Shown here: positions 1 through 7,595 of the stretch, piece after piece
Position numbering within the stretch: the stretch's first letter is position 1
Layout: each line of letters begins with the position of its first letter
From: Acaryochloris thomasi RCC1774
Lineage (GTDB): Bacteria; Cyanobacteriota; Cyanobacteriia; Thermosynechococcales; Thermosynechococcaceae
Assembly: GCF_003231495.1 (NCBI RefSeq)
Contig: NZ_PQWO01000014.1
Span: 30,001 to 62,000, forward strand
Direction: 5' to 3'
DNA: 32,000 nt
The notes under the pieces: generated by a model
The model's input: only the letters and a program-made list of their open reading frames with translations
Database searches by the model: none
Told to the model about the DNA's origin: nothing
Made by a program: the position numbers and the translations under genes

Positions 1-1
1 T

Positions 2-1975
2 ACAACAAAATTTGCTTTGCCGCAGACAACGAGTACTTTGAGTGCAGACCTTGGAACACTTGGGTCACTTAGAGGAGGAGATCCAAGCTTCTCTGCTGTT
101 GTCAATCCACTCAAAACTCAAGAGGAGATTCTATCGAGTGATAACTTATTAGAAAAGGCGTTGAAGCTAGATCCAGAGTCTGAAAATTTTTCTGGGGTAA
201 GTCAGTATAGAAATCTCTTTGAAGTGATTTTGGTCGAAAAGTCTAATGTATTTTCCATCGATGCCAAAGGCTCTAGCCCTGGAGTCGCACTTCAAAGAGC
301 TAAAGTTCTAGCGCAAGTTTACCAAAAACACTTGAACTATTTACGTAAAGCGGATGTGGCTGGCCGGAACTCGTTTTACCAAAATGACCTAAAACGAGCA
401 AGTCAAAGGTTAGCAGATGCGGAATCTGCCTTGGCAAGCTATCAAAAAGCTTCAGGATTAGTTAGTAGCGAAGAACAAACTGGTCAGACAGTTTCTCTGA
501 TATCTGAATTAGAGAAAACTTTAGCGCTTACAATTGCCGAGTCCAATAAAGATGCCAGTCAAGTTCAGGAGCTATCAAGTCAGCTAGATCTTCTGCCTAG
601 AGAAGCCGTTAGCTCTGTAAGTTTAGATGAAAATAGTAGCTATCAGCTTGTCCGTCAAAAGCTAACTGAACTAGAATCCGAGTTGAAGGCGCAGCGGGCT
701 CAGCTCACAGAGAGCCATCCATCAGTACAAACCCTAGTTTCGAATCGTGATGGGCTACTACGCCAACTATCTCAGTATGTTGATCATTCAGAAATTCAGA
801 ATGGCGATGGTGTTATTGCAAGTGGAGCTGAGGGGCAAAACGAAATCATTGAGCAGATTATACTTCTGAAAAGTAGCGCTATTGGAAAACGTCAGCAAGC
901 CCAGGATATTCAGTCAAAAATTAATTCACTTCGGGTTAAGTTAGGGTCTCTCCCAAATCAGCAATCCCGTCTCGCTGTTTTGCAGAGAAACCTAAACGTT
1001 AGTAAAGGAATCTTTAACGGACTAATCGCACAAATTGAAAAGAGCAAAGTGGATGCCTTCCAGAGTTATCCTAGTGTTCAGTTATTAAATACTCCTACCC
1101 TAAATCCTGCGCCTATCTCTAATCGACTTCTAATTTCGATTAATGCACTATTCGCCTCAGCTCTTGGGAGTCTTGGCTTACTACTTTTGTTAGAGGGGCG
1201 CAACCCACTTCTTAGGCCAAAAGATCTAGAAGGCGCTTCCTTCCCATTAGCAACTCGAATCCCTAAATTGCGACGCCAACTGCACAAAGCTAGTGATAAT
1301 ATTCAATCTCTTAGGGGTGGTGAAACAGCTTTTTTGCAGCTGGCTTATGGAATTCTGACGCAAGAGATTTCTGATCGTTGTCTAATGGTAGTAAGCGCAA
1401 TGTCTAAGGAAGGGAGGACAACTATATCCCTCCATCTAGCCCAAGCTTTGAGGGATTTAGGTTTAAAAGTATTGATTTTGAGTGAACGTTCATCTCAAAA
1501 TGTTAAGAGGCGAAAAAAGACAGATCAGATACCAGCACTAGGCTCCATGTCTAGCCGAGCCTTAAAAAACTTCCCTTCACAGAAGCTACTTACTAGTAAA
1601 TCGAAAGAGGCAGGGGTTCAAGTTATTGATTTCAATTTCTCGAGTCGCGACGACTTTAAGGAACAAATGCATCTTATTCTTAAATCTGAGATCTATGATT
1701 TCATAATTGTTGATGCGCCTCCTGTTCAATCAAGTAGCATAACAACTTTAATGTCTACTGTGATTACAAATATTTTGTTAGTTGTTCGCCCTGGAAAAAG
1801 TACGCGTTTTTCTGTGAGAGACTCACTTCAACTTTTGTTCCAGAGTCAGTTGAATTCTGTTGGTTTAGTTATTAACGATCCTGGCTATTTGGGGCTGTCA
1901 GATAGAACGGGATGGGAGCAAGATTTTATTGGTGTTTCTTCTAATAAATTTAATTCCTTGACTGTGGCTCCATAG
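2..1975 (+). CDS. Polysaccharide co-polymerase, Wzc/GumC (PCP-2a)-like, with a degenerate C-terminal BY-kinase-like P-loop domain; 5' partial
   Basis: The frame is open to the left window edge (codons 2..16 ACA ACA AAA TTT GCT have no stop). The TTG at 17 is only the ORF-finder start. The protein has a long Q/L/S-rich coiled-coil region, then a hydrophobic helix (LLISINALFASALGSLGLLLLLEG), then a P-loop-like domain with VVSAMSKEGRTT (nt 1391-1423) and a Walker-B-like IIVDAPP (nt 1703-1723). This is the domain order of Wzc/GumC-type chain-length regulators. Confidence 0.75.
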   Translation, partial: TTKFALPQTTSTLSADLGTLGSLRGGDPSFSAVVNPLKTQEEILSSDNLLEKALKLDPESENFSGVSQYRNLFEVILVEKSNVFSIDAKGSSPGVALQRAKVLAQVYQKHLNYLRKADVAGRNSFYQNDLKRASQRLADAESALASYQKASGLVSSEEQTGQTVSLISELEKTLALTIAESNKDASQVQELSSQLDLLPREAVSSVSLDENSSYQLVRQKLTELESELKAQRAQLTESHPSVQTLVSNRDGLLRQLSQYVDHSEIQNGDGVIASGAEGQNEIIEQIILLKSSAIGKRQQAQDIQSKINSLRVKLGSLPNQQSRLAVLQRNLNVSKGIFNGLIAQIEKSKVDAFQSYPSVQLLNTPTLNPAPISNRLLISINALFASALGSLGLLLLLEGRNPLLRPKDLEGASFPLATRIPKLRRQLHKASDNIQSLRGGETAFLQLAYGILTQEISDRCLMVVSAMSKEGRTTISLHLAQALRDLGLKVLILSERSSQNVKRRKKTDQIPALGSMSSRALKNFPSQKLLTSKSKEAGVQVIDFNFSSRDDFKEQMHLILKSEIYDFIIVDAPPVQSSSITTLMSTVITNILLVVRPGKSTRFSVRDSLQLLFQSQLNSVGLVINDPGYLGLSDRTGWEQDFIGVSSNKFNSLTVAP

Positions 1976-2357
1976 AAATTCTGCCTACAGTATGCATCAA
2001 GAAAGCTAGTTGTTTCAACTTATTAAAGATTGTAAGCTGATGGTAGGAGAAGGTGCCGAGTTCTCCTCTAAATTGAGAATATTAATTCTGCTTCTGCTCA
2101 TGATCCTATAGAAGACTGTATTTTGACGATGTAAGTGTTTATACACTGCCTTTCGATTGGAAATATATATCAGTTTTTTACTACTTAAAAAGTTATTTAC
2201 TGAATCTACGTATTCGGTTTCGGGAAAATAATGTTATCAGTTAGCTTTCTTGTAGCAGTCTTGCTTCGAACTCACAATATTGTTTCTTTTGCATGCCGAT
2301 GTAAGGCCCTGCACTTGTAGATTTTGTGTATTAAAAAAATCAAAATAAAGGTTAAGT

Positions 2358-3737
2358 ATGATTAAGCAGTATCTCTTAGGTAGGTCTCTGACTCTTTTAA
2401 GTGCAGTTTGTATTGTTCTGGGTACTACCCCTTTGTTTCTTCTCCTTGTCAAGGCCTCTGAAAACACAACGATAGTCACTGTCGATTGGGACAAAAGAGT
2501 AGGACGTGCTCGCAATATTTACAGCCTAAACCTATGGTCAGCAACAGCAGAATCAGTCGGTACAAATACTAGCTATGCTAGCCGGATTGGTGAGATTTAT
2601 CCCCACATTTGTCGTTTTCATTCTGCAGAGATGCTGAAGATTGGTCACCCAAAAGCTTGGATCAAGATGGATGGTCAATGGAACGAGCAAAAAATTGGAA
2701 GGATTTTGAGTTTCTTGGCACCTAAGTGTGAATCAATCATGATCTCTATCCCCAACTGGTCGCCTACTTTGCATCGCGGTGGCAAGCTACCTACAAGTAA
2801 ATACGATGATTTTGCTCGCTGGTGTGCCCAATTGGTTGATATTGTAAAAAATCGGCAGAAGTACAATAATGTTAGGTATTTTGAAGTTCTAAATGAAAGA
2901 GATCAGATATATGATGGTAGCTCAGAGGAGCTTGCAGCCGTTGTCAGACATGCCTCAGCTAAAATGAGATCAGCTCACCCAAGGATAAAAATTGTAGGTG
3001 GTTCCTGGACACAGCCTTTCGATGATAGTGATATTCAGACGTTTTTAGACAACGTTGCAGCTACTGATATTCAAGCTTTTTCTTATCATCATTATGGGAC
3101 AAGTGGTTCCATAACAGATCTAAATATTCTCTACGATCGTGCTAAATCTGTGGGGAGGCGTGGAGCCGTAATCCGTTCATGGATGGATAGTCGTGGGCTT
3201 AGTAAGGCTGAGTTATTTCATGACGAAATGAATATCTATTCAAATTGGCGTAAAGATTCTAAACGGTATATGCGTTCTTATCGTAGTGCTGTTTTTATGG
3301 CTTTAGTGTATAAGTATGCTTCTCAACGTGGAAAGGTCGATAGTGTTATGCCCTGGAATGATGCGGACGAGATATATGGGGTTTTGAGCCGTTCTGGCTC
3401 TTCTTATAGGTTTCGACCCGCCGGGCATTTACTAAGAATTTTGAGGCGTGAGTTTAGTGACGGTGAATTATATTCATCCTCTACATCTGACCCAGATATT
3501 AAAGTGTTGGCAGTAAGAAGTAAGAATAAACGGGTTGTTATGATTGTCAATCGTAGTCTTTCAAAAAACAAAAACTTCAGTATTGATATGAATATTGAAA
3601 ACTTTAACTCAAGAACTTATAAAGATTTATCAATCAATTCACTAGGCTTTTCTGCTTCTCGTAAGCCTTGGAATCAAAATGATCTTCGATCGTTAAATAT
3701 TTCAAAAGAATCAATTCGGTTTTTTGTCTTTAATTAG
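2358..3737 (+). CDS. Membrane-anchored clan GH-A (TIM-barrel) glycoside hydrolase-like protein, PslG/GH39-like architecture
   Basis: ATG start preceded by AAGG. N-terminal signal anchor LTLLSAVCIVLGTTPLFLLLV. YFEVLNE contains the Asn-Glu pair typical of the clan GH-A acid/base (Glu180, nt 2895-2897). A second candidate catalytic Glu lies in FHDEMN (Glu290, nt 3225-3227), 110 residues later. The gene sits next to a polysaccharide co-polymerase gene. The family assignment is by motif and architecture only. Confidence 0.6.
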   Translation: MIKQYLLGRSLTLLSAVCIVLGTTPLFLLLVKASENTTIVTVDWDKRVGRARNIYSLNLWSATAESVGTNTSYASRIGEIYPHICRFHSAEMLKIGHPKAWIKMDGQWNEQKIGRILSFLAPKCESIMISIPNWSPTLHRGGKLPTSKYDDFARWCAQLVDIVKNRQKYNNVRYFEVLNERDQIYDGSSEELAAVVRHASAKMRSAHPRIKIVGGSWTQPFDDSDIQTFLDNVAATDIQAFSYHHYGTSGSITDLNILYDRAKSVGRRGAVIRSWMDSRGLSKAELFHDEMNIYSNWRKDSKRYMRSYRSAVFMALVYKYASQRGKVDSVMPWNDADEIYGVLSRSGSSYRFRPAGHLLRILRREFSDGELYSSSTSDPDIKVLAVRSKNKRVVMIVNRSLSKNKNFSIDMNIENFNSRTYKDLSINSLGFSASRKPWNQNDLRSLNISKESIRFFVFN

Positions 3738-3998
3738 CGTCTAAATAAAAACCTTGGAATTGGTATCGAATCTATTTACTTCTTTTGTTTTTGTGTTCGT
3801 AAAAGAGCATTGTGAGCATCATCTTTAAATCCTGCCGGGGAAAGTAGTTTTCTTTCCTTGTAGCTATACAATGGTGCTACCGACTAAGGGATAAGTAATA
3901 GTAGCCGATCTGATGTAAGGCTAGATGAGATCGTATTCTCTATATTGTTAATCATTTCGTATAAAGCGTGGGAATGGCCTGGTTAGTTAATAAAAGTT

Positions 3999-4538
3999 GT
4001 GATAGAAATTCAGGGAGTATTGGATATCGGAAGAATCAGTATTAGTTCTGGTATCTTTGCTGCCATTGATTTTGAAACTGCTGACCGCGGTGCGGATAGC
4101 GCTTGTGCGATTGCAATTGTGCGTGCGAGTGATCACCAAATTATTGATTCTAAGTATTGGCTTATTCGGCCGCCTCGGCAGCAGTTCGAGTTCAGCCATA
4201 TACATGGACTAACATGGGCCGATGTAAAGGACCAACCGACTTTTTCTCAGCTCTGGCCGCAGCTCCATGAGCAGCTTGAAGGAGTTGATTTTATTGCTGC
4301 TCACAATGCTAGCTTTGACCGTAGAGTTTTGCTGGCCTGTTGCCAGATAGCTGATGTTACTTTACCTCCCTGGGTCTTTCACTGTACGGTCAAGGTCGCT
4401 CGTCAGGCGTGGAGCATTTATCCAACCAAGCTGCCGAATGTATGCTCGGCCCTCAATATTCCACTGGACCACCACAATGCGCTATCGGATGCAGAAGCCT
4501 GCGCCAAAATAGTTATTGCGGCTAATCAGGAAAGCTAG
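3999..4538 (+). CDS. DEDDh 3'-5' exonuclease (DnaQ / DNA polymerase III epsilon-like), stand-alone
   Basis: Three exonuclease motifs are present: ExoI AAIDFETAD, ExoII IAAHNASFDRRVL, ExoIII HHNALSDAEACAKI (H-x4-D). The start is uncertain: GTG at 3999 from the ORF track, with an in-frame TTG at 4020 as an alternative. Confidence 0.8.
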   Translation: MIEIQGVLDIGRISISSGIFAAIDFETADRGADSACAIAIVRASDHQIIDSKYWLIRPPRQQFEFSHIHGLTWADVKDQPTFSQLWPQLHEQLEGVDFIAAHNASFDRRVLLACCQIADVTLPPWVFHCTVKVARQAWSIYPTKLPNVCSALNIPLDHHNALSDAEACAKIVIAANQES

Positions 4539-4574
4539 GTTGGGAACTTGAACCACGAAGGAAGAGACCTCTCT

Positions 4575-5765
4575 CTAACGCTGACGAGATTGACTCACCT
4601 GTGTCGGGAATGGTCCTGGTTTTACGGAGATGGTTTGCTCACGGCCGTTGCGTTTGATGCCTAGCTGTAGGGCTGTGCCGATCTGAGTCTTCTCAACTTT
4701 GTTCTGTACGTCGGTCGCGGTTTTGACTTCTGCGTCGTTGATGCTTGTGATCACGTCGCCGGACTGTAGTCCTGACTGGGCTGCGGGAGATTGAGGGACA
4801 ACGCGAACGATGAGCACCCCTTTGTCTTCTTCAACCCGTAAGTTGGAGCCGGGATTGTTGTTGAGCTGACGCTTTAGTTCAGGGGTCAAGCCCGCCATTT
4901 GAATGCCCAGAAAGGGGTGATCGACTTTGCCTTTGTCAATCAGCTGATCGGCAATGCGTTGGGCGGTCTTGATGGGAATGGCGAAACCTAGCCCTTGGGC
5001 ACCCCCGCCAATGATGGCGGTGTTCATACCAATGACTTGACCGGAGCGATTGAGGAGTGGCCCGCCGGAGTTGCCGGGGTTAATTGCGGCATCGGTTTGG
5101 ATGAAGCCCACTCGCTTATCCGGTACGCCAATATCACCACTAGTTCGCCCTGTGGCGCTGATGATTCCGGCGGTTACAGTGTTGTCCAGTCCGAGGGGGT
5201 TGCCAATGGCAATGGCCCACTCGCCGGGGCGTAGCTGTTCTGAGTCTCCCATGTTGACGGTGGGCAACTCTTTGGCTTCAACTTTAATGACGGCAACATC
5301 TGTGAGTGAGTCTTGGCCAAGGACTTTTCCTGAAAGACTGCGACCGTCTTTGAGAACGACGGTGACGGTGTCTGCGCCATCAACGACGTGGGCATTGGTC
5401 ATCACTAATCCGTTTGAGCTGATAATAAAGCCGGAGCCAGTGCCTCGTTCAACGCGCGATCTGGGTGTGGGTGACTGTCCCCCTCCACCGAAAAAGTCAC
5501 GGAAGAAGGGGTCTCGAAAGATTCTGGGGGTTCGAGTCTGGACGGTACGGGCTGAGTCAATGCGGACGACGGCAGGCCCGACTTTTTCAACGGCTTGGGC
5601 GATGAAGTTGGGGCCTTGTCCAGGTAAGGGGAGTTGGGCGATGCTAGGGCGGGGCGCTAGGCTCGCGGTGGGTAAAAGCTGGGTGCCTGCTAAGGTTCCC
5701 AAAGAGCCTACTAATAAGAGAGAGAGGTAGGTTGCTGATTTTTGAATAGAAGGTTTAGAGGGCAT
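4575..5765 (-). CDS. htrA: HtrA/DegP-family periplasmic serine protease (trypsin-like domain plus one PDZ domain)
   Basis: N-terminal hydrophobic signal ([17 protein letters not shown]). Catalytic His in TNAHVV, Asp in TDVAVIKV, Ser in [10 protein letters not shown]-terminal PDZ-like region ([29 protein letters not shown]). I cannot tell which cyanobacterial paralog this is (HtrA, HhoA or HhoB). Confidence 0.9.
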   Translation of the reverse strand: MPSKPSIQKSATYLSLLLVGSLGTLAGTQLLPTASLAPRPSIAQLPLPGQGPNFIAQAVEKVGPAVVRIDSARTVQTRTPRIFRDPFFRDFFGGGGQSPTPRSRVERGTGSGFIISSNGLVMTNAHVVDGADTVTVVLKDGRSLSGKVLGQDSLTDVAVIKVEAKELPTVNMGDSEQLRPGEWAIAIGNPLGLDNTVTAGIISATGRTSGDIGVPDKRVGFIQTDAAINPGNSGGPLLNRSGQVIGMNTAIIGGGAQGLGFAIPIKTAQRIADQLIDKGKVDHPFLGIQMAGLTPELKRQLNNNPGSNLRVEEDKGVLIVRVVPQSPAAQSGLQSGDVITSINDAEVKTATDVQNKVEKTQIGTALQLGIKRNGREQTISVKPGPFPTQVSQSRQR

Positions 5766-5950
5766 ATCGGTTAGAGCGTTATCACATCAAAATTGTTAAG
5801 TATCTGTGTCATTGTGATCTCACGTATAGTGCTGATCACGGTAGTGCAGTGGGATTTGACAGCTACTCTGCCATTCAATATCTGTAAAAAAGTCCCGATA
5901 CATCGCATGAGACCTATAGACTCTAGTCACGATACAGATGTTTCCGTTCG

Positions 5951-7372
5951 ATGCTAGATTCTCAGCCTTTGGACTTGGAATCTGCCCGTTATGCGTTAAA
6001 GCAGTTTTGGGGCTATGACCAGTTTCGTCCTCCACAGGAGGATGTTGTGAGCTGTCTGCTAGCGGGGCAGGATGCTTTGGTGTTGCTGCCCACTGGAGCG
6101 GGTAAGTCAATTTGTTTTCAACTCCCTGCGCTTTTGCGGCCTGGATTGACGCTGGTGGTCTCGCCTCTGGTGTCTTTGATGGAGAACCAGGTGCAGGAGC
6201 TACGTCAACGACAAATTAAGGCTGCGCTTTTACATAGTCAACTTTCGCCGCAGTTGCGATCGCAAACTCTAGATCAGCTACGTCGGCTAGATCTATTATA
6301 TCTATCTCCTGAATCACTCTTGAGTTCAACGCTTTGGCCGCGGCTGTGCAGCTTGAACATTGGTTACCTAATTATTGATGAAGCGCACTGCATTAGTCAG
6401 TGGGGAGTCTCCTTTCGACCGGTCTATCGTCGTCTGGGTACGGTGCGCTCAATTCTGCAGCAGGGGCAAGATCCAATTCCAGTGGCGGCGTTCACCGCGA
6501 CGGCGACTCCCACCGTTCAGCAAGAGATTCAAACCGTTCTGCAACTGCAGAGGCCCCGGACTTTTCGGGTCAGTCCCTACCGAGCAAATTTGAATCTGCG
6601 GGTTCAAGTGACCTGCAGTTCGGCCCATCGTCGCCGTCAAGTTCTCAAGCTGATCCAGCGCCAAGGTCAGTCATCGGGGCTGATCTACACCCGGAGTCGT
6701 CGAGATAGCGAAGCGCTGGTTGATTGGCTGCGCCGCCAGCGGGTTCGTTCGGTGGCCTATCACGCAGGTTTACCCCCAGAGCGTCGTCGCCAGATTGAGG
6801 CAGACTGGTTGACGGCGACGATGCCAGTAGTGGTCTGTACCAGTGCGTTTGGAATGGGCATCAATAAGCCCGACTGTCGTTGGATTTGCCATTTTCATGC
6901 TCCCCTGAGCGTGGCGGCCTATGTGCAGGAGATTGGACGGGCAGGGCGAGATGGTTTGCGATCGCAAACGCTCCTATTGGTCAGCGAGCCGACAGGGTGG
7001 CTTGACCCACAAGATCAGCAGCAGCAGCGTTATTTTGCCCAGCAGCGGCGTCTTCAGCAGCAGCAAGCTCAACGCTTAGTGACTCAGCTTCCGGCGCAAG
7101 GAACCCTCACTGCTCTGCAGAAATCTATGCCACAGGCTGAGATGGTGCTTTCAATGCTGCACAGCACAGGGCAGCTACGCTGGATTGATCCCTTTCGCTA
7201 TGTGATGACGGCTAACGCTGCTCCCCGCCCTCAGAAAACTGACCGTAGTACCATGAAATCCTTTATTCGCACCCGTCACTGTCGGTGGCGATGGATCCTT
7301 GGTTACTTTGGATTTGCTTCAGCCACCTTTCGATGTGGACATTGCGATCGCTGTCGCACTAGAGCGGGATAA
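5951..7372 (+). CDS. recQ: RecQ-family ATP-dependent DNA helicase, short form (no winged-helix or HRDC region)
   Basis: N-terminal FWGYDQFRPPQ motif, Walker A LLPTGAGKS, DEAH box IIDEAHCISQWG, helicase-C GRAGRDG. The protein ends in a RecQ-type Zn-binding cluster: CRWRWILGYFGFASATFRCGHCDRC. Confidence 0.9.
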   Translation: MLDSQPLDLESARYALKQFWGYDQFRPPQEDVVSCLLAGQDALVLLPTGAGKSICFQLPALLRPGLTLVVSPLVSLMENQVQELRQRQIKAALLHSQLSPQLRSQTLDQLRRLDLLYLSPESLLSSTLWPRLCSLNIGYLIIDEAHCISQWGVSFRPVYRRLGTVRSILQQGQDPIPVAAFTATATPTVQQEIQTVLQLQRPRTFRVSPYRANLNLRVQVTCSSAHRRRQVLKLIQRQGQSSGLIYTRSRRDSEALVDWLRRQRVRSVAYHAGLPPERRRQIEADWLTATMPVVVCTSAFGMGINKPDCRWICHFHAPLSVAAYVQEIGRAGRDGLRSQTLLLVSEPTGWLDPQDQQQQRYFAQQRRLQQQQAQRLVTQLPAQGTLTALQKSMPQAEMVLSMLHSTGQLRWIDPFRYVMTANAAPRPQKTDRSTMKSFIRTRHCRWRWILGYFGFASATFRCGHCDRCRTRAG

Positions 7373-7595
7373 CTCTATACCTGCCGCTAAACTTTACAGC
7401 AGAACTTTCCCCCTTCTAGGCACTGTTCGGGGCGAGATAGCTGCCAGCCGCTAGAATATTAATAATGTCTAGATAAACTGACTGTTACGACTTTCAATTT
7501 TCGCAGATTAGTGCTCCGGGCAGCTTTCACTTGCTTAGATTTACTTTGCGTCAAAAACATATCGCTTTACTGATTGTTATCTACTCAGGCTGCGC

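Noticed and set aside
2045-2067. A hairpin, AGGAGAA-N9-TTCTCCT, downstream of the Wzc-like gene, considered as a rho-independent terminator.
   Set aside because: The stem is only 7 bp with a 9-nt loop and no following U-tract. Similar weak hairpins at about 3838-3860 and 10137-10177 fail for the same reason.
5050-5730. A 226-aa ORF on the + strand, plus other 60-80 aa ORFs at 4995-5234, 5174-5395 and 5405-5590, all overlapping htrA.
   Set aside because: They lie entirely inside a gene with unmistakable HtrA motifs. The translations are P/R/S/T-rich and low in complexity with no motifs. This is typical of open antisense or off-frames in GC-rich coding sequence.
5820-6110. A 96-aa minus-strand ORF spanning the htrA/recQ spacer and the recQ start.
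   Set aside because: It overlaps the well-supported recQ N-terminus (FWGYDQFRPPQ), has no recognisable motif, and would need a promoter inside recQ.
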